This document shows, piece by piece, positions 1-9,313 of a stretch of 64,000 bases of DNA. The notes beneath the pieces were generated by a model. The model made no database searches. It had not been told where the DNA came from and saw only the letters and a program-made list of their open reading frames with translations. Origin of the DNA: Candidatus Parcubacteria bacterium (GTDB lineage: Bacteria > Patescibacteriota > Patescibacteriia > Patescibacteriales > UBA12075); the NCBI GenBank assembly GCA_963814275.1, contig CAWFCE010000002.1, forward strand, positions 42,537-106,536. The letters are read 5' to 3'. Numbering within the stretch: the first letter of the stretch is position 1; every line of letters starts with the position of its first letter. The translations under genes were made by a program, and so were the position numbers.

Positions 1-141
1 ACACGGAGCCTAATTGATTTGCGCACCAGCTTTTGGGCAATCTTTACCAAGAGCCATATCGGCCTGGAAACGAATCCGCCAGGGATTCTTGCCTTCGAAT
101 TGGCCCGACAGGATTCTGGCTTTGCGCAAACTAATTTTTAA
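1..141 (+). CDS. possible 3' end of a CDS entering from upstream of the window
   Basis: Frame +1 is open from base 1 to TAA at 139-141 (...AFELARQDSGFAQTNF*) with host-like composition. No motif recognised, and it is below the ORF-track length cutoff. Confidence 0.2.
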   Translation, partial: TRSLIDLRTSFWAIFTKSHIGLETNPPGILAFELARQDSGFAQTNF

Positions 142-319
142 ATATGCAATTAAATTCAAACGATCTGATATATAGCTTTGTTATGATATTAATATATATG
201 TGCTTTTTACCGTCGAGTAACAAAATATCAGTAATAAGTAATAAGCGTTAAGGCCGGGATTAATAAGGAATATGGTCTTATTGCCTAAGCCTTGCTGCTT
301 ATTACGGGCCATTTATTAA

Positions 320-1864
320 TCAATCGAATACCTGGGCGGTAAATATTTCCAGCCTGGTGTCCGGATCGCTCTTATAGCTGTCTGCCGGCAAACCGGCTTT
401 GTCCTGGCAAAGATGGGCCAGTAATTCTTCCCGGTTCCAGCCGGTTTCCGTCGCCACCTGCGGCAGAAAAACCCCGCTTTGAGCGCCTTTGCGCACGATT
501 ACCCCATGGCGGCCGAGTTCTATCTTACGCCAATCACCGAGCGCTTCCGGCACGGATAAAACGCTGATTTCGTATTTGATCGCATCCAATTCGTTTTCGC
601 TAACCGGGCTAAAGCGAGGGTCCTCCATAGCAGCGGCCGCCGCCATATTCCGGACCACCTGCCAGAGCGGCTCGCCGCTGGGTATTATCTGGCCGATACA
701 ACCGCGCAATTTACCATTCATATGCAAAGTGACAAAAACGCCCCCTTGGCGGTTAAGCCGTTCGCCATCTATCGTAAAATCAGGAATTTTTTCGCTTTTT
801 GCCGCAGCTTCGACTGTTTGCCGGGCGATCATGAGAAGCTCGGTTCGTTCGGGGCCGGCCAACAAGCCCTGTTCGGCGTTTTCCACTGCCGGATTTTCGA
901 TATTTTTTCCTTCCGGCCCGAATACCATGGCGCCATAGCCGACCACCCGGTTCTTATCGCCGTCCGGCGTGTCGCCGCTATTGGCGTATTTGAGCAGTTC
1001 GGACCGCCAATGCCGCTTGGCCGCTAAGGCCATTACGGTCTTGATGCCGTCTACCCCGCAGCAGAGCGTCTGCTCATTCGGGACGCGCTGCTGGATGGCT
1101 TTCTTTTGGTATATATCAAACTTCTCAGTATCCAGGGCGGCCATGACTTCCAAAGTTTGCCGGTCTACCGTATTCGCGTCATCGTAAGAGGGATAATGAG
1201 ACAAATCGGAGGAAACCACAATTATATCGCCTTCACCCAAAAATTCATCCAATGCGTCTGCCAATTTAAGGTAGGCGTTATCGCCGGTATTGCCGAAAAC
1301 GACCGGCACGATCCTGAACCCCTGAGGCAGCACGCTTTGCAAAAAAGGCAATTGGACCTCGAGTGTGTGGTCGAAATTATGGACTTCGCTGTTATAGCTG
1401 ATAATCCGGTCAAAATTCACCAGCCGATCGGCCAGCTCTTGGTCAACCGGCACTTTGCCGAGCGGTGTTTTCCAGGCACCGCGGTCATCCACCGCGATAC
1501 CGGAAAAATAATCCGAATGCGAATTGCCGATCAGCACAACCGTTTTGACCGGCAGACCGGTTAAGGCGGCATAGCTGTAAGCCGCTACCGCTCCCGAGTA
1601 TACATAGCCGGCATGAGGGGACAAAAGCGCCCGTGGGGATAATATTCCCGTATAAGCGCCGGCACCGGCCAGATAACCGCTAATCATATCCCTAAGCTCT
1701 TTCGAGTCTCCGGAATAGAACTGCCCGGCAACCGCCGCCGAACGGACATTTTCATAGGTCGAAGATGGGGATTCTTGATCTTCGCTTGGATTGCCCATAT
1801 GGTTCGCGCAACTTGATAAAAAAACCATTATGATCGATATTATAAAATATTTGCAAATACGCAT
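320..1864 (-). CDS. lipoprotein-signal Memo-like (AmmeMemoRadiSam protein B-like) / AMMECR1 fusion protein
   Basis: N-terminus MRICKYFIISIIMVFLSSC has a lipobox (LSSC). The central region is Memo-like (SPHAGYVYSG, IGNSH, SSDLSHYP). The C-terminus is AMMECR1-like (GVFVTLHMNGKLRGCIGQI, EDPRFSPV, ISVLS, SGVFLPQVA). Confidence 0.8.
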   Translation of the reverse strand: MRICKYFIISIIMVFLSSCANHMGNPSEDQESPSSTYENVRSAAVAGQFYSGDSKELRDMISGYLAGAGAYTGILSPRALLSPHAGYVYSGAVAAYSYAALTGLPVKTVVLIGNSHSDYFSGIAVDDRGAWKTPLGKVPVDQELADRLVNFDRIISYNSEVHNFDHTLEVQLPFLQSVLPQGFRIVPVVFGNTGDNAYLKLADALDEFLGEGDIIVVSSDLSHYPSYDDANTVDRQTLEVMAALDTEKFDIYQKKAIQQRVPNEQTLCCGVDGIKTVMALAAKRHWRSELLKYANSGDTPDGDKNRVVGYGAMVFGPEGKNIENPAVENAEQGLLAGPERTELLMIARQTVEAAAKSEKIPDFTIDGERLNRQGGVFVTLHMNGKLRGCIGQIIPSGEPLWQVVRNMAAAAAMEDPRFSPVSENELDAIKYEISVLSVPEALGDWRKIELGRHGVIVRKGAQSGVFLPQVATETGWNREELLAHLCQDKAGLPADSYKSDPDTRLEIFTAQVFD

Positions 1865-1979
1865 TTTATCGGCTTACAATTGGCTGCTTAAGCTTCATTT
1901 GCCTTTAAATCCTCTCCGGTCGCCCACTTCGCCCCGTCCTTATTGTTGCCGGCTATGCGTATTGGTAATTATGTAACGA

Positions 1980-2474
1980 TTATTTTAAAGTGTCAACCAA
2001 ATGCAATTCCAGTTTCCCGCTCGAAGTATCCCACGAGGAAAAAGTAGCGCGCTGAGAAATGCCGGCGACATTGCCCGGATTAACGCGCAAAACACCGTCA
2101 TTTTCTTCCTGCCAAGGTTTATGGGTGTGCCCGTAAAAAATTACGTAGCAAGGTCCCAGGGCCAAAACGTCCGGCATGTGGAACGGCTCATGGCACAATC
2201 CGACTGCCTGGCCGGATATTTCAAAACGGCCGGCATGCCCGTAATATACAATATTGGAATAAAGTTTCGGCTCATTTATCTGATATAACTCAGCGTTACC
2301 GTGCACCAAATGGATCAAGCCCTTAAAGCCACGGGCTAAATATTTTAAAGTTTCACTATTCGCGACATCGCCGCAGCATATCATCGCTTCGGTATTATTG
2401 TCTTTGGCCCACATAAGACACTTTTCCAAATTGGCCAGGTTGTCATGGATGTCGGAAATGATTATTATCCTCAT
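1980..2474 (-). CDS. metallophosphoesterase, YfcE/MJ0936-like
   Basis: Calcineurin-like motifs are present: IIISDIHDN, CCGDV, VHGNAE, FYGHTHKP. Confidence 0.85.
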   Translation of the reverse strand: MRIIIISDIHDNLANLEKCLMWAKDNNTEAMICCGDVANSETLKYLARGFKGLIHLVHGNAELYQINEPKLYSNIVYYGHAGRFEISGQAVGLCHEPFHMPDVLALGPCYVIFYGHTHKPWQEENDGVLRVNPGNVAGISQRATFSSWDTSSGKLELHLVDTLK

Positions 2475-2665
2475 CAGTGATTTTTAAAATTTATACTATT
2501 ATCTAAATTCAATTTATTATAAAAAAACCTTGAAATTTGTAACTTGAAATTAGAAATTTGGATAATGGACTTGTACGTGTCCATATGGCGCCGAATTCCA
2601 AATTTCCAGTTGCCGGCTTGACATTAAATATTAACTGAACAAATGATCAGACGCTAATAAAATCA

Positions 2666-3802
2666 TCAAAGAATAAAATAATATAGCTCATACGCCATGC
2701 CGAATACGAATAAAGACACGAGGATGAAAAGCAAAACCGTACTCGGCTGCCGCTTGAAAAGCACCGCTTTGCCCGGCATTTCCCGCATGGAATGGAACAT
2801 CAGGATCAGCATGATCGCCGATAAACCGCCGGCCACCCCGCCGGCAATGCTGATCACGCCCGTCAGATTGCGGATACCGCACAAGAACAAGCCGTATGGT
2901 ATGGCGACTGCCAGGGCCCAGGCCAATTTCCGGTTCAGTTGATAATCCCACCACAAAGTCTCCTTGATCGCCTCGGCCACCAATAGGATCGAAGTGGCCA
3001 TAGTCAATACCCCGAAAATCAGGGAGAAAAACACGACTCCATCGTTCAAAATCCGCTTAACGCCGGTCAGTGAATCAGGCGTTGTATTGGGTCCGGATAT
3101 GCCGACAACCACCAACGTGAAAACGACCGTTATCGCCAAAGGAATAAACGTCCCCCAGCGAACGACTTTTTTGAGAAGCTTCGGGTCTTTGGACAGTATT
3201 TTCGCTACCACCGGCAGAGAACCGTTGCCGTCAAGGGCCATCAAAGTCGCGCCGTAAGGCAGGAGCAGATAGGGCCAGTCAAAAACAGTGAAATTAACCG
3301 CTGTTACCGCGCCCCAACCCTTTATGACGATAAAGATAACCACGGCGATCAAGAGCCCTGACATCAGCAATTCGGCCCGGGCGATCGCGCCGATCCCGGA
3401 ATAAACCAGCGCCGCGCAAATGAAAAAAAGTATCGTGGAATAAATGAATTCGCTCCCGCCCAATGACGCGCCCAGAAGCTGATATAAAAATACGCCGGTA
3501 ATTATGATGTAAGCCAGCAGGGCGCCAAAGTTGCCGAGCATTTTGGCGATAAAAATTATAGTCTTGCCATTCTTGCCCAGATAGAGCCCGGCATAACCGG
3601 GCAAACGATGATAACCCTTCGTTACCACAATGATATTGGCATAGATCAAATGCTGCAGATACTGCACCATTCCGAAAACACCGATAAAGATCAAGAACGG
3701 CACATAGCCGGCTTTGGCCACGACAAAGGGCAGGCCAAACATCCCGACACCGATAACATAGCCGATCATCACCGCTGTTGCCTTGAAGAAATCCTTATTC
3801 AT
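2666..3802 (-). CDS. amino-acid permease-like integral membrane transporter
   Basis: 378 aa, hydrophobic throughout with about 11 predicted TM segments. The layout resembles aromatic/neutral amino-acid permeases. Family not verified. Confidence 0.55.
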   Translation of the reverse strand: MNKDFFKATAVMIGYVIGVGMFGLPFVVAKAGYVPFLIFIGVFGMVQYLQHLIYANIIVVTKGYHRLPGYAGLYLGKNGKTIIFIAKMLGNFGALLAYIIITGVFLYQLLGASLGGSEFIYSTILFFICAALVYSGIGAIARAELLMSGLLIAVVIFIVIKGWGAVTAVNFTVFDWPYLLLPYGATLMALDGNGSLPVVAKILSKDPKLLKKVVRWGTFIPLAITVVFTLVVVGISGPNTTPDSLTGVKRILNDGVVFFSLIFGVLTMATSILLVAEAIKETLWWDYQLNRKLAWALAVAIPYGLFLCGIRNLTGVISIAGGVAGGLSAIMLILMFHSMREMPGKAVLFKRQPSTVLLFILVSLFVFGMAYELYYFIL

Positions 3803-3852
3803 AAAATATTACCGATATTATTTTTGCTAACTTTTATATATTTTTATTTATA

Positions 3853-4004
3853 TTACCAAGATACCAGATACGACCTGCCTGCTGTCCGCCGGTAGGCAAC
3901 CAAACAATTTCCAAATCCCAATAATCAACAACTAAAAGATTTGGTTATCAGACAATTGATTATTGAAAATTGTTTGCAATTTGTATCTTGTGTCTTGGTT
4001 ATTT
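3853..4004. repeat. composite intergenic palindrome (CCAAGATAC words + CCTGCC...GGCAGG-type hairpin)
   Basis: accaagataccagatac...gacctgcctg...ggtaggc on the left. gtatcttgtgtcttggttattt (3983-4004) forms the inverted arm. Confidence 0.7.
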
Positions 4005-4028
4005 GTATGCGATTTGCATTTTAAATCA

Positions 4029-5183
4029 TCAATTCAATTCGATTTTCCCGCTTCTAATTTGCTCGGCGGTATTTTCATCCATATTCGACCAGCCTATAAA
4101 TTTTTCGTAAAAATCATGCCCTTCGTCTTCATTCATAAAAACGACTTGGCTGGCGCGCGACCGGAACGGAAACAAATCCAACACCTCCCCCTCCGCCTGC
4201 CACTCTATTCCGAGCGCCAAACCTTCCTGTGTGTCGGGCGAAAAATATTGGTCAAAAATGAAATTCCCCAAAGAATAAATTATCGCCTTGCCCTTATATA
4301 TTTCCATGCCCTGGACAACGTGCGGATGATGGCCGATCACGAGGTCGGCGCCGGCATCGACCATATCATGGGCAACCTGGCGCTGGATAGAATTGAAACG
4401 GTGCTCATATTCGACGCCCCAATGGATATTAACGATCAACAGGTCGGCTGCCTGGTCAAGCCGAGATACTATGTTTATTATCTCGTTTGCGTCAAGCAAG
4501 CCGTAAACCATGCTAAAGCCGATGAATCCGACAATTTTCCCGTTTATAACGGTGGTGGTAGCGCTGCAATCACCGGTATTGCGATCACCGCAACCGGCGA
4601 ATAAAAAACCCCGGCTTGCCAGATTTCGCCTTGTTTCCATTATACCACGCTCCCCCTGGTCAGCCAAATGATTGTTAGCCAGGTTAAAATAACTGAAATT
4701 GTAATTTTTCAAGCTGCCTATCAGCTCCGGGGCGAAGGCAAAGTCATAAGAATTGACGGGCGGATAATGCGCTCCGCCGTCAGTAACCGCCCCCTCCAAA
4801 TTGGCGCCGACCAGATCGTAACTGTTCAGGTCGATCGGGCTGGTAGTTGCGTTAAAATTTTCCAATAAACTATCCAGTCCGTTTTTTTCTATCGTTTCCC
4901 CGACATGTCGATCCAGCATCAGGTCGCCGAAAAACAGCATATTTAACGATTTATCAACGGTTGCGGGCAAAAAACTATCTGGTGAATACCCAATCGCTTC
5001 GGTTACATAATTACCAAAGACCGCTTGGTTGATATACCGATTTGTACCGATGGGTTGGCGGTAATTAAAGCTCCAATACAACCAAAAGCCGGATAAAGAG
5101 CTTATTACCGCAATAGAAAAGATTAAATATAAAATTTTGGATTTATTGTCTGGCATGCAATTGATTTTTGCATAAATAACCAA
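4029..5183 (-). CDS. CapA-family metallophosphatase (poly-gamma-glutamate synthesis CapA-like), membrane anchored
   Basis: N-terminal TM anchor. CapA-like motifs are present: FGDLMLDRH, ANLEGAVT, NLANNHLADQG, IVNIHWGVEY, GADLVIGHHPHVVQG, YSLGNFIFDQ. Confidence 0.8.
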   Translation of the reverse strand: MVIYAKINCMPDNKSKILYLIFSIAVISSLSGFWLYWSFNYRQPIGTNRYINQAVFGNYVTEAIGYSPDSFLPATVDKSLNMLFFGDLMLDRHVGETIEKNGLDSLLENFNATTSPIDLNSYDLVGANLEGAVTDGGAHYPPVNSYDFAFAPELIGSLKNYNFSYFNLANNHLADQGERGIMETRRNLASRGFLFAGCGDRNTGDCSATTTVINGKIVGFIGFSMVYGLLDANEIINIVSRLDQAADLLIVNIHWGVEYEHRFNSIQRQVAHDMVDAGADLVIGHHPHVVQGMEIYKGKAIIYSLGNFIFDQYFSPDTQEGLALGIEWQAEGEVLDLFPFRSRASQVVFMNEDEGHDFYEKFIGWSNMDENTAEQIRSGKIELN

Positions 5184-5211
5184 GATACGACCTGGCTGCC
5201 GGCGGGCAGGT
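5174..5211. repeat. same element family: aaataaccaagatac + GC hairpin
   Basis: aaataaccaagatac is the reverse complement of gtatcttggttattt. It is followed by acctggctgccggcgggcaggt. Confidence 0.7.
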
Positions 5212-5389
5212 TTGGAAATTGTTTGGTTATTGTCTCTTGGTTATTGGTTATTAGATGTAACGGAATGCCCGTGGCATCCGGATCTATTCATAAATTTAAT
5301 TCAAAAAAATAATTTATTATTTATCAACAAAACACCCTGCAAGCGCAGGATGTTTTATCAATCTATCTATGCCGCAATCTTCTAATATT

Positions 5390-5959
5390 TTATTTCCGTA
5401 ATTTAATTTCATAATCGATATGTTCGATCTTCTTTAAATTTGTTTTCGCCTGATCGTATTTCGTCCTGAGATAACCGGTCATATCGAATTCGACCAATTC
5501 CGCCATAATATCGCTGATCAAAACCTTGATTTTGCCGACTTCGCCGACATTGCCGGCCGCGGCCTGGTTGATGGCCCGGCGGACGAGCTCGCCCGTCAGG
5601 TCGCAAACGCCGCCCAGGTACGAATCGTAACTTATTTTCATGCCCTTGAAGTTTTCCAGTTTCTTGCCGGAAAGTACCAGCATCAGGGCTTTGGCTTCGA
5701 CATATTCTTCCGCGCCCGCCCGATAAGCGCCCTCTTCGCTCAAACGGCGGAAACCGAATTTTTTCTCCAGCTTCTTGATGACCGCTTCGATTTCGACCAT
5801 GCTCTCTTCCGCCTTCTTTTGGTCGCCGCGGTGAAGGGAAAATATGACCCGCTTCGAGTCATGCAGGATAGTGTTGGCCAGGCTGATGATCTGGCGGCGT
5901 TCTGAACTGTGCTCGTCATGCTCCTTTTTTAACTGTTGAAAAAATCTTTTGTTTATCAT
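5390..5959 (-). CDS. translin-family-like helical protein
   Basis: 189 aa and all-helical. The C-terminal YLGGVCDLTGELVRRAIN resembles the translin GGxxDLxGEL signature. Assigned from memory only. Confidence 0.45.
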   Translation of the reverse strand: MINKRFFQQLKKEHDEHSSERRQIISLANTILHDSKRVIFSLHRGDQKKAEESMVEIEAVIKKLEKKFGFRRLSEEGAYRAGAEEYVEAKALMLVLSGKKLENFKGMKISYDSYLGGVCDLTGELVRRAINQAAAGNVGEVGKIKVLISDIMAELVEFDMTGYLRTKYDQAKTNLKKIEHIDYEIKLRK

Positions 5960-6035
5960 ACTCTTTCGTATTAATCAAAATGTAAAAAACTGCCGAAATT
6001 TTGATTTTTGCATTTTGAATTTTGATTTATTAATT

Positions 6036-7751
6036 TTACTTGTCCTGTGCCACGCGCAACACTTCGGTAACACTGGTTATTCCGTCCATCGCTTTTATAA
6101 GGCCGTCCTGCATCATCGTCACCATGCCGGCCCGAACCCCGGCATTGCGTATGTCATATTCGCTGGCCGTGCCGGATAGGATCAATTTCTCGACTTCTTC
6201 GTTCATTACCATGATCTCATAAATGCCAATCCGTCCTTTATACCCGATCCCCTGGCAGGCTTCACAGCCGTCGGCCTCATAAAACCCAAGGTTTTTCAGG
6301 TCCAATTTCTTCTTTTCGTCCGGGGATAATTTTTCCAATACCGTCATGACCTTTTTCCTGGTCTCCTGATCGAGCTCCGCCGGATGCTTGCATTTTTCGC
6401 ATAATCGGCGTACCAGCCGCTGGCCGATCATGGCATTCAGGGCCGGCGCCAGAAGAAACGGCTTGGCTCCCATCGACAAAAAACGCGGGACGGTCCCGGA
6501 AGCATCGTTAGTATGGATCGTCGACAACACGAAGTGTCCGGTCAAAGCCGCCTGGATCGCTATTTCCGCCGTCTCCAGGTCCCTGATCTCACCGACCATA
6601 ATCACGTCAGGGTCCTGCCGGACGATCGAACGCAAACCTTGGGCAAACGTATATTTCTCGCTCGTCTGCGATTGGTTAATCCCTTCCAATTGATATTCGA
6701 TCGGATCCTCAATGGTAATGATCTTCGTTTCCGGGCTGTTCAGCTTCTTGAGTATCGCATACAGAGTCGTGGTCTTACCGCTGCCGGTGGGGCCGGTAGT
6801 GATCACCATTCCGTTCGGACGTTCGACTTCCCGCTTTAATTGTTCGAACGCTTTGTCCCGGATCCCGAGGTCTCCGAAATCCAAGCCGACAGCGCTGGAA
6901 CGAAGCAGCCGCATCACGACGCTTTCGCCGAAATTTGTCGGTAAAAACGAAGCACGAATATCGATGCGGTCATGTTTGGTCGAAATCGTCATCCGGCCGT
7001 CCTGAGGCTTGTCATCGACATTTATCTTCACCCGGGCCAGAACTTTCATACGCGATATTATTTTCCGCCATGATTCCTTGTCGATACTGGCTGCGTCGTG
7101 CAATACGCCGTCTATCCGAAATCGTATCTTGATCTCGTTTTCTTCAGCTTCGATATGGATATCGGAAGAATCCGACTTAACCGCTGCCGCCATGATCATG
7201 GTTACGATATCGGTAACCGCCGCCTGGCTGACCACTGACTGCAAATCCTGAAAACTGGTAAACTGGGTGCTGAACCTGTTCAAATCCTCCTCGGTAACTT
7301 CGACATTGCGGGAAACATTTCGCAAATGGGGAATCGCCCGGTACATATCGAATGCATACATCAGGCTATGGCGTGAAATCAAATATATTTCGACGGGCGA
7401 ATGGTATTTTTCGGATAATGTCTTGGCCGTTGCTTTGACTTCCAGACGATTGGGTTCGATCGTCGCGATCCTGATATGCGTACCGTCATAAAAGAAACAC
7501 ACCACGTTCAACTGGCGGGCGCGCTCTTCGGGTATGATCTTCAAGGCTTCCGGACTGACCGGAAATCCGAACAAATCAATATACGGCAAGCTCATATCCC
7601 TGGCTTGCGCCTGGATTTGGCGCTCCATTTCCTTGGTTTTTATTTCCTTCTGCTTGGCCTGAAATTTGGATTGGGCGCTTTCGTCGTCGCCGATTTGCTG
7701 TCCGCGCGAGGCCATTATCAAATCTTCGATTGAAGGCAGGTCTTGAGACAT
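6036..7751 (-). CDS. pilB: type IV pilus / type II secretion ATPase (GspE/PilB family)
   Basis: Walker A GPTGSGKTTT, Asp box, Walker B (DPDVIMVGEIRD), His box (LSTIHTND), and a tetracysteine CEKC...CEAC. Confidence 0.9.
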   Translation of the reverse strand: MSQDLPSIEDLIMASRGQQIGDDESAQSKFQAKQKEIKTKEMERQIQAQARDMSLPYIDLFGFPVSPEALKIIPEERARQLNVVCFFYDGTHIRIATIEPNRLEVKATAKTLSEKYHSPVEIYLISRHSLMYAFDMYRAIPHLRNVSRNVEVTEEDLNRFSTQFTSFQDLQSVVSQAAVTDIVTMIMAAAVKSDSSDIHIEAEENEIKIRFRIDGVLHDAASIDKESWRKIISRMKVLARVKINVDDKPQDGRMTISTKHDRIDIRASFLPTNFGESVVMRLLRSSAVGLDFGDLGIRDKAFEQLKREVERPNGMVITTGPTGSGKTTTLYAILKKLNSPETKIITIEDPIEYQLEGINQSQTSEKYTFAQGLRSIVRQDPDVIMVGEIRDLETAEIAIQAALTGHFVLSTIHTNDASGTVPRFLSMGAKPFLLAPALNAMIGQRLVRRLCEKCKHPAELDQETRKKVMTVLEKLSPDEKKKLDLKNLGFYEADGCEACQGIGYKGRIGIYEIMVMNEEVEKLILSGTASEYDIRNAGVRAGMVTMMQDGLIKAMDGITSVTEVLRVAQDK

Positions 7752-7821
7752 AGTTGAATATTTTTTAATACATTATTCTAAATCTTAGCATGGATCAAGA
7801 ATTACAATCTATACCACATAT

Positions 7822-7917
7822 CAGAAAACAGATAGCAGATAAAAGATAACAGAAATATAGACAATGATATTGCTTTATTGGCTATTCTGTTATCTGTTAT
7901 CTGCTATCTGTTGTCTA
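7822..7917. repeat. heptamer-word hairpin (cagaaaa cagatag cagataa aagataa cagaaat / complementary five heptamers)
   Basis: Five tandem 7-mers at 7822-7856 are complemented by five 7-mers at 7883-7917. Confidence 0.8.
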
Positions 7918-7986
7918 ATTGATAATTTTATTCAACTCTAAAAATTCGTATGTAATAAATTCGAAAACCCTAAATATCGTCACTAA

Positions 7987-8967
7987 CTACTCTTTTCCGA
8001 ACAGTCTGATCAGTTTGCTGACTCCGCCGCGATTGTAAAGCTCGATGAATAAGCTGGTCCAGGAATTGATCTGGAAAGCGCTCATGAAAGCGCTCAATAA
8101 CACCAAAATTATCAAATACGCCATTAAGGCGATCAAAATTACCGCCCAGAAATTGAATAGCAGCGAGAATTTAGCGAACACGAAAGCCATAAATATGAAA
8201 GGGATGGAAATGATCAAAAATGCCAGAACCAAAGCGGCGCCAATCAGAAAATTGATAAAAAATAAAATGAAAGCCATTTCCAGGCTCACGAGCCAATTAT
8301 TTATAAATAGCCGCCAACCCTGCCGGACAGCGGTTAACAAACCCACCCCCTTGATGACCACGAAGGCAATGGCATATTTGGCAATGAACGATAATACTAT
8401 CGATAGGGAAATAAAAATAACAAAAGCTATAATATATATGCTGCTGGTCAATGCCAAATCTTTGACTTGGTATGTCATTATAACTGGCAATGTCAATAAG
8501 AAAAACAAACCGTAAATAATCAGCTTAACCAAAAAATTAAGCCCTAAGACCGGCCAGAATTTTTTGGTCCCAACATCCAAACTTTCTTTAAAATTATGGA
8601 TCTTGTTCGTCCTGATCCGCGATGCCGAATAAACCAACGCTCCCTGGGAAGTTACGCATACCCAAAGAATAAAGACACTGATTATCATCACAAAAAACAA
8701 TACGCCCAATACTTTTACCAGGTTAAGCGGATCACTGCCGGCCAATCTGCCGACGTTGCCGAAAATTTGCCAGCTGAGCAACCCGGTTTCCGATAAGTGC
8801 TCGAAGCCGGGCAAAAGCGGCATACTTTCACCGCGGATGCCGCGGAACAGCAATTCGTACTCCCCGGCGCTGCCCATAAGCGCGGCGAACAGCCCGAAGA
8901 ACCATAGATATTTGTGGCGCCAAGAGGATTTAAGCGCCTGGCTTAATATGTCCCGATAAAGAGTCAT
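7987..8967 (-). CDS. polytopic membrane protein, unknown function
   Basis: 326 aa with at least 6 hydrophobic segments. No catalytic motif recognised. Confidence 0.6.
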   Translation of the reverse strand: MTLYRDILSQALKSSWRHKYLWFFGLFAALMGSAGEYELLFRGIRGESMPLLPGFEHLSETGLLSWQIFGNVGRLAGSDPLNLVKVLGVLFFVMIISVFILWVCVTSQGALVYSASRIRTNKIHNFKESLDVGTKKFWPVLGLNFLVKLIIYGLFFLLTLPVIMTYQVKDLALTSSIYIIAFVIFISLSIVLSFIAKYAIAFVVIKGVGLLTAVRQGWRLFINNWLVSLEMAFILFFINFLIGAALVLAFLIISIPFIFMAFVFAKFSLLFNFWAVILIALMAYLIILVLLSAFMSAFQINSWTSLFIELYNRGGVSKLIRLFGKE

Positions 8968-9313
8968 AAATATTTCCCCCTTAATAATAAAACGATGTTT
9001 TTATTATACCATATTTGTCGAATTAAAAACAACCAAACAAAATTCGCCGGGATGTTCTAATATTTCTCGCGCATAAATGGTTATTTTTATCCTGAATTAG
9101 CATTCAATATTGAAGCTAAATCGCAAAACGATAACGCGAATATTATTATAGGTTTATATGCCCTGTTTATCAAAGATTTAGGGTTAATTTTATACTCGAT
9201 AAATTTATTCCGGCTATTAATATCCGGCCCGGAATTAATTTTAACTATAAAAATACAGGCTGGGTTTCTATGCCCAGCCTGGTGATATGACCTATAAAAA
9301 AATGAAAATAAAA

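Noticed and set aside
489-1564. Several 60-150-aa ORFs on the plus strand lie inside the Memo-AMMECR1 gene. Analogous antisense ORFs lie inside pilB, ftsH, gyrA, smc, the glgA genes and the LTD gene, among others.
   Set aside because: These are shadow ORFs within long, motif-rich minus-strand genes. Their translations are low-complexity (Arg/Ser/Pro-rich) with no motifs.
3963-4604. 213-aa plus-strand ORF and the 17973..18575 200-aa plus-strand ORF.
   Set aside because: Both start inside intergenic word-repeat elements (gtatcttg...ggttattt). Both run antisense through well-supported minus-strand genes, the CapA-like gene and the 18050..18715 gene.
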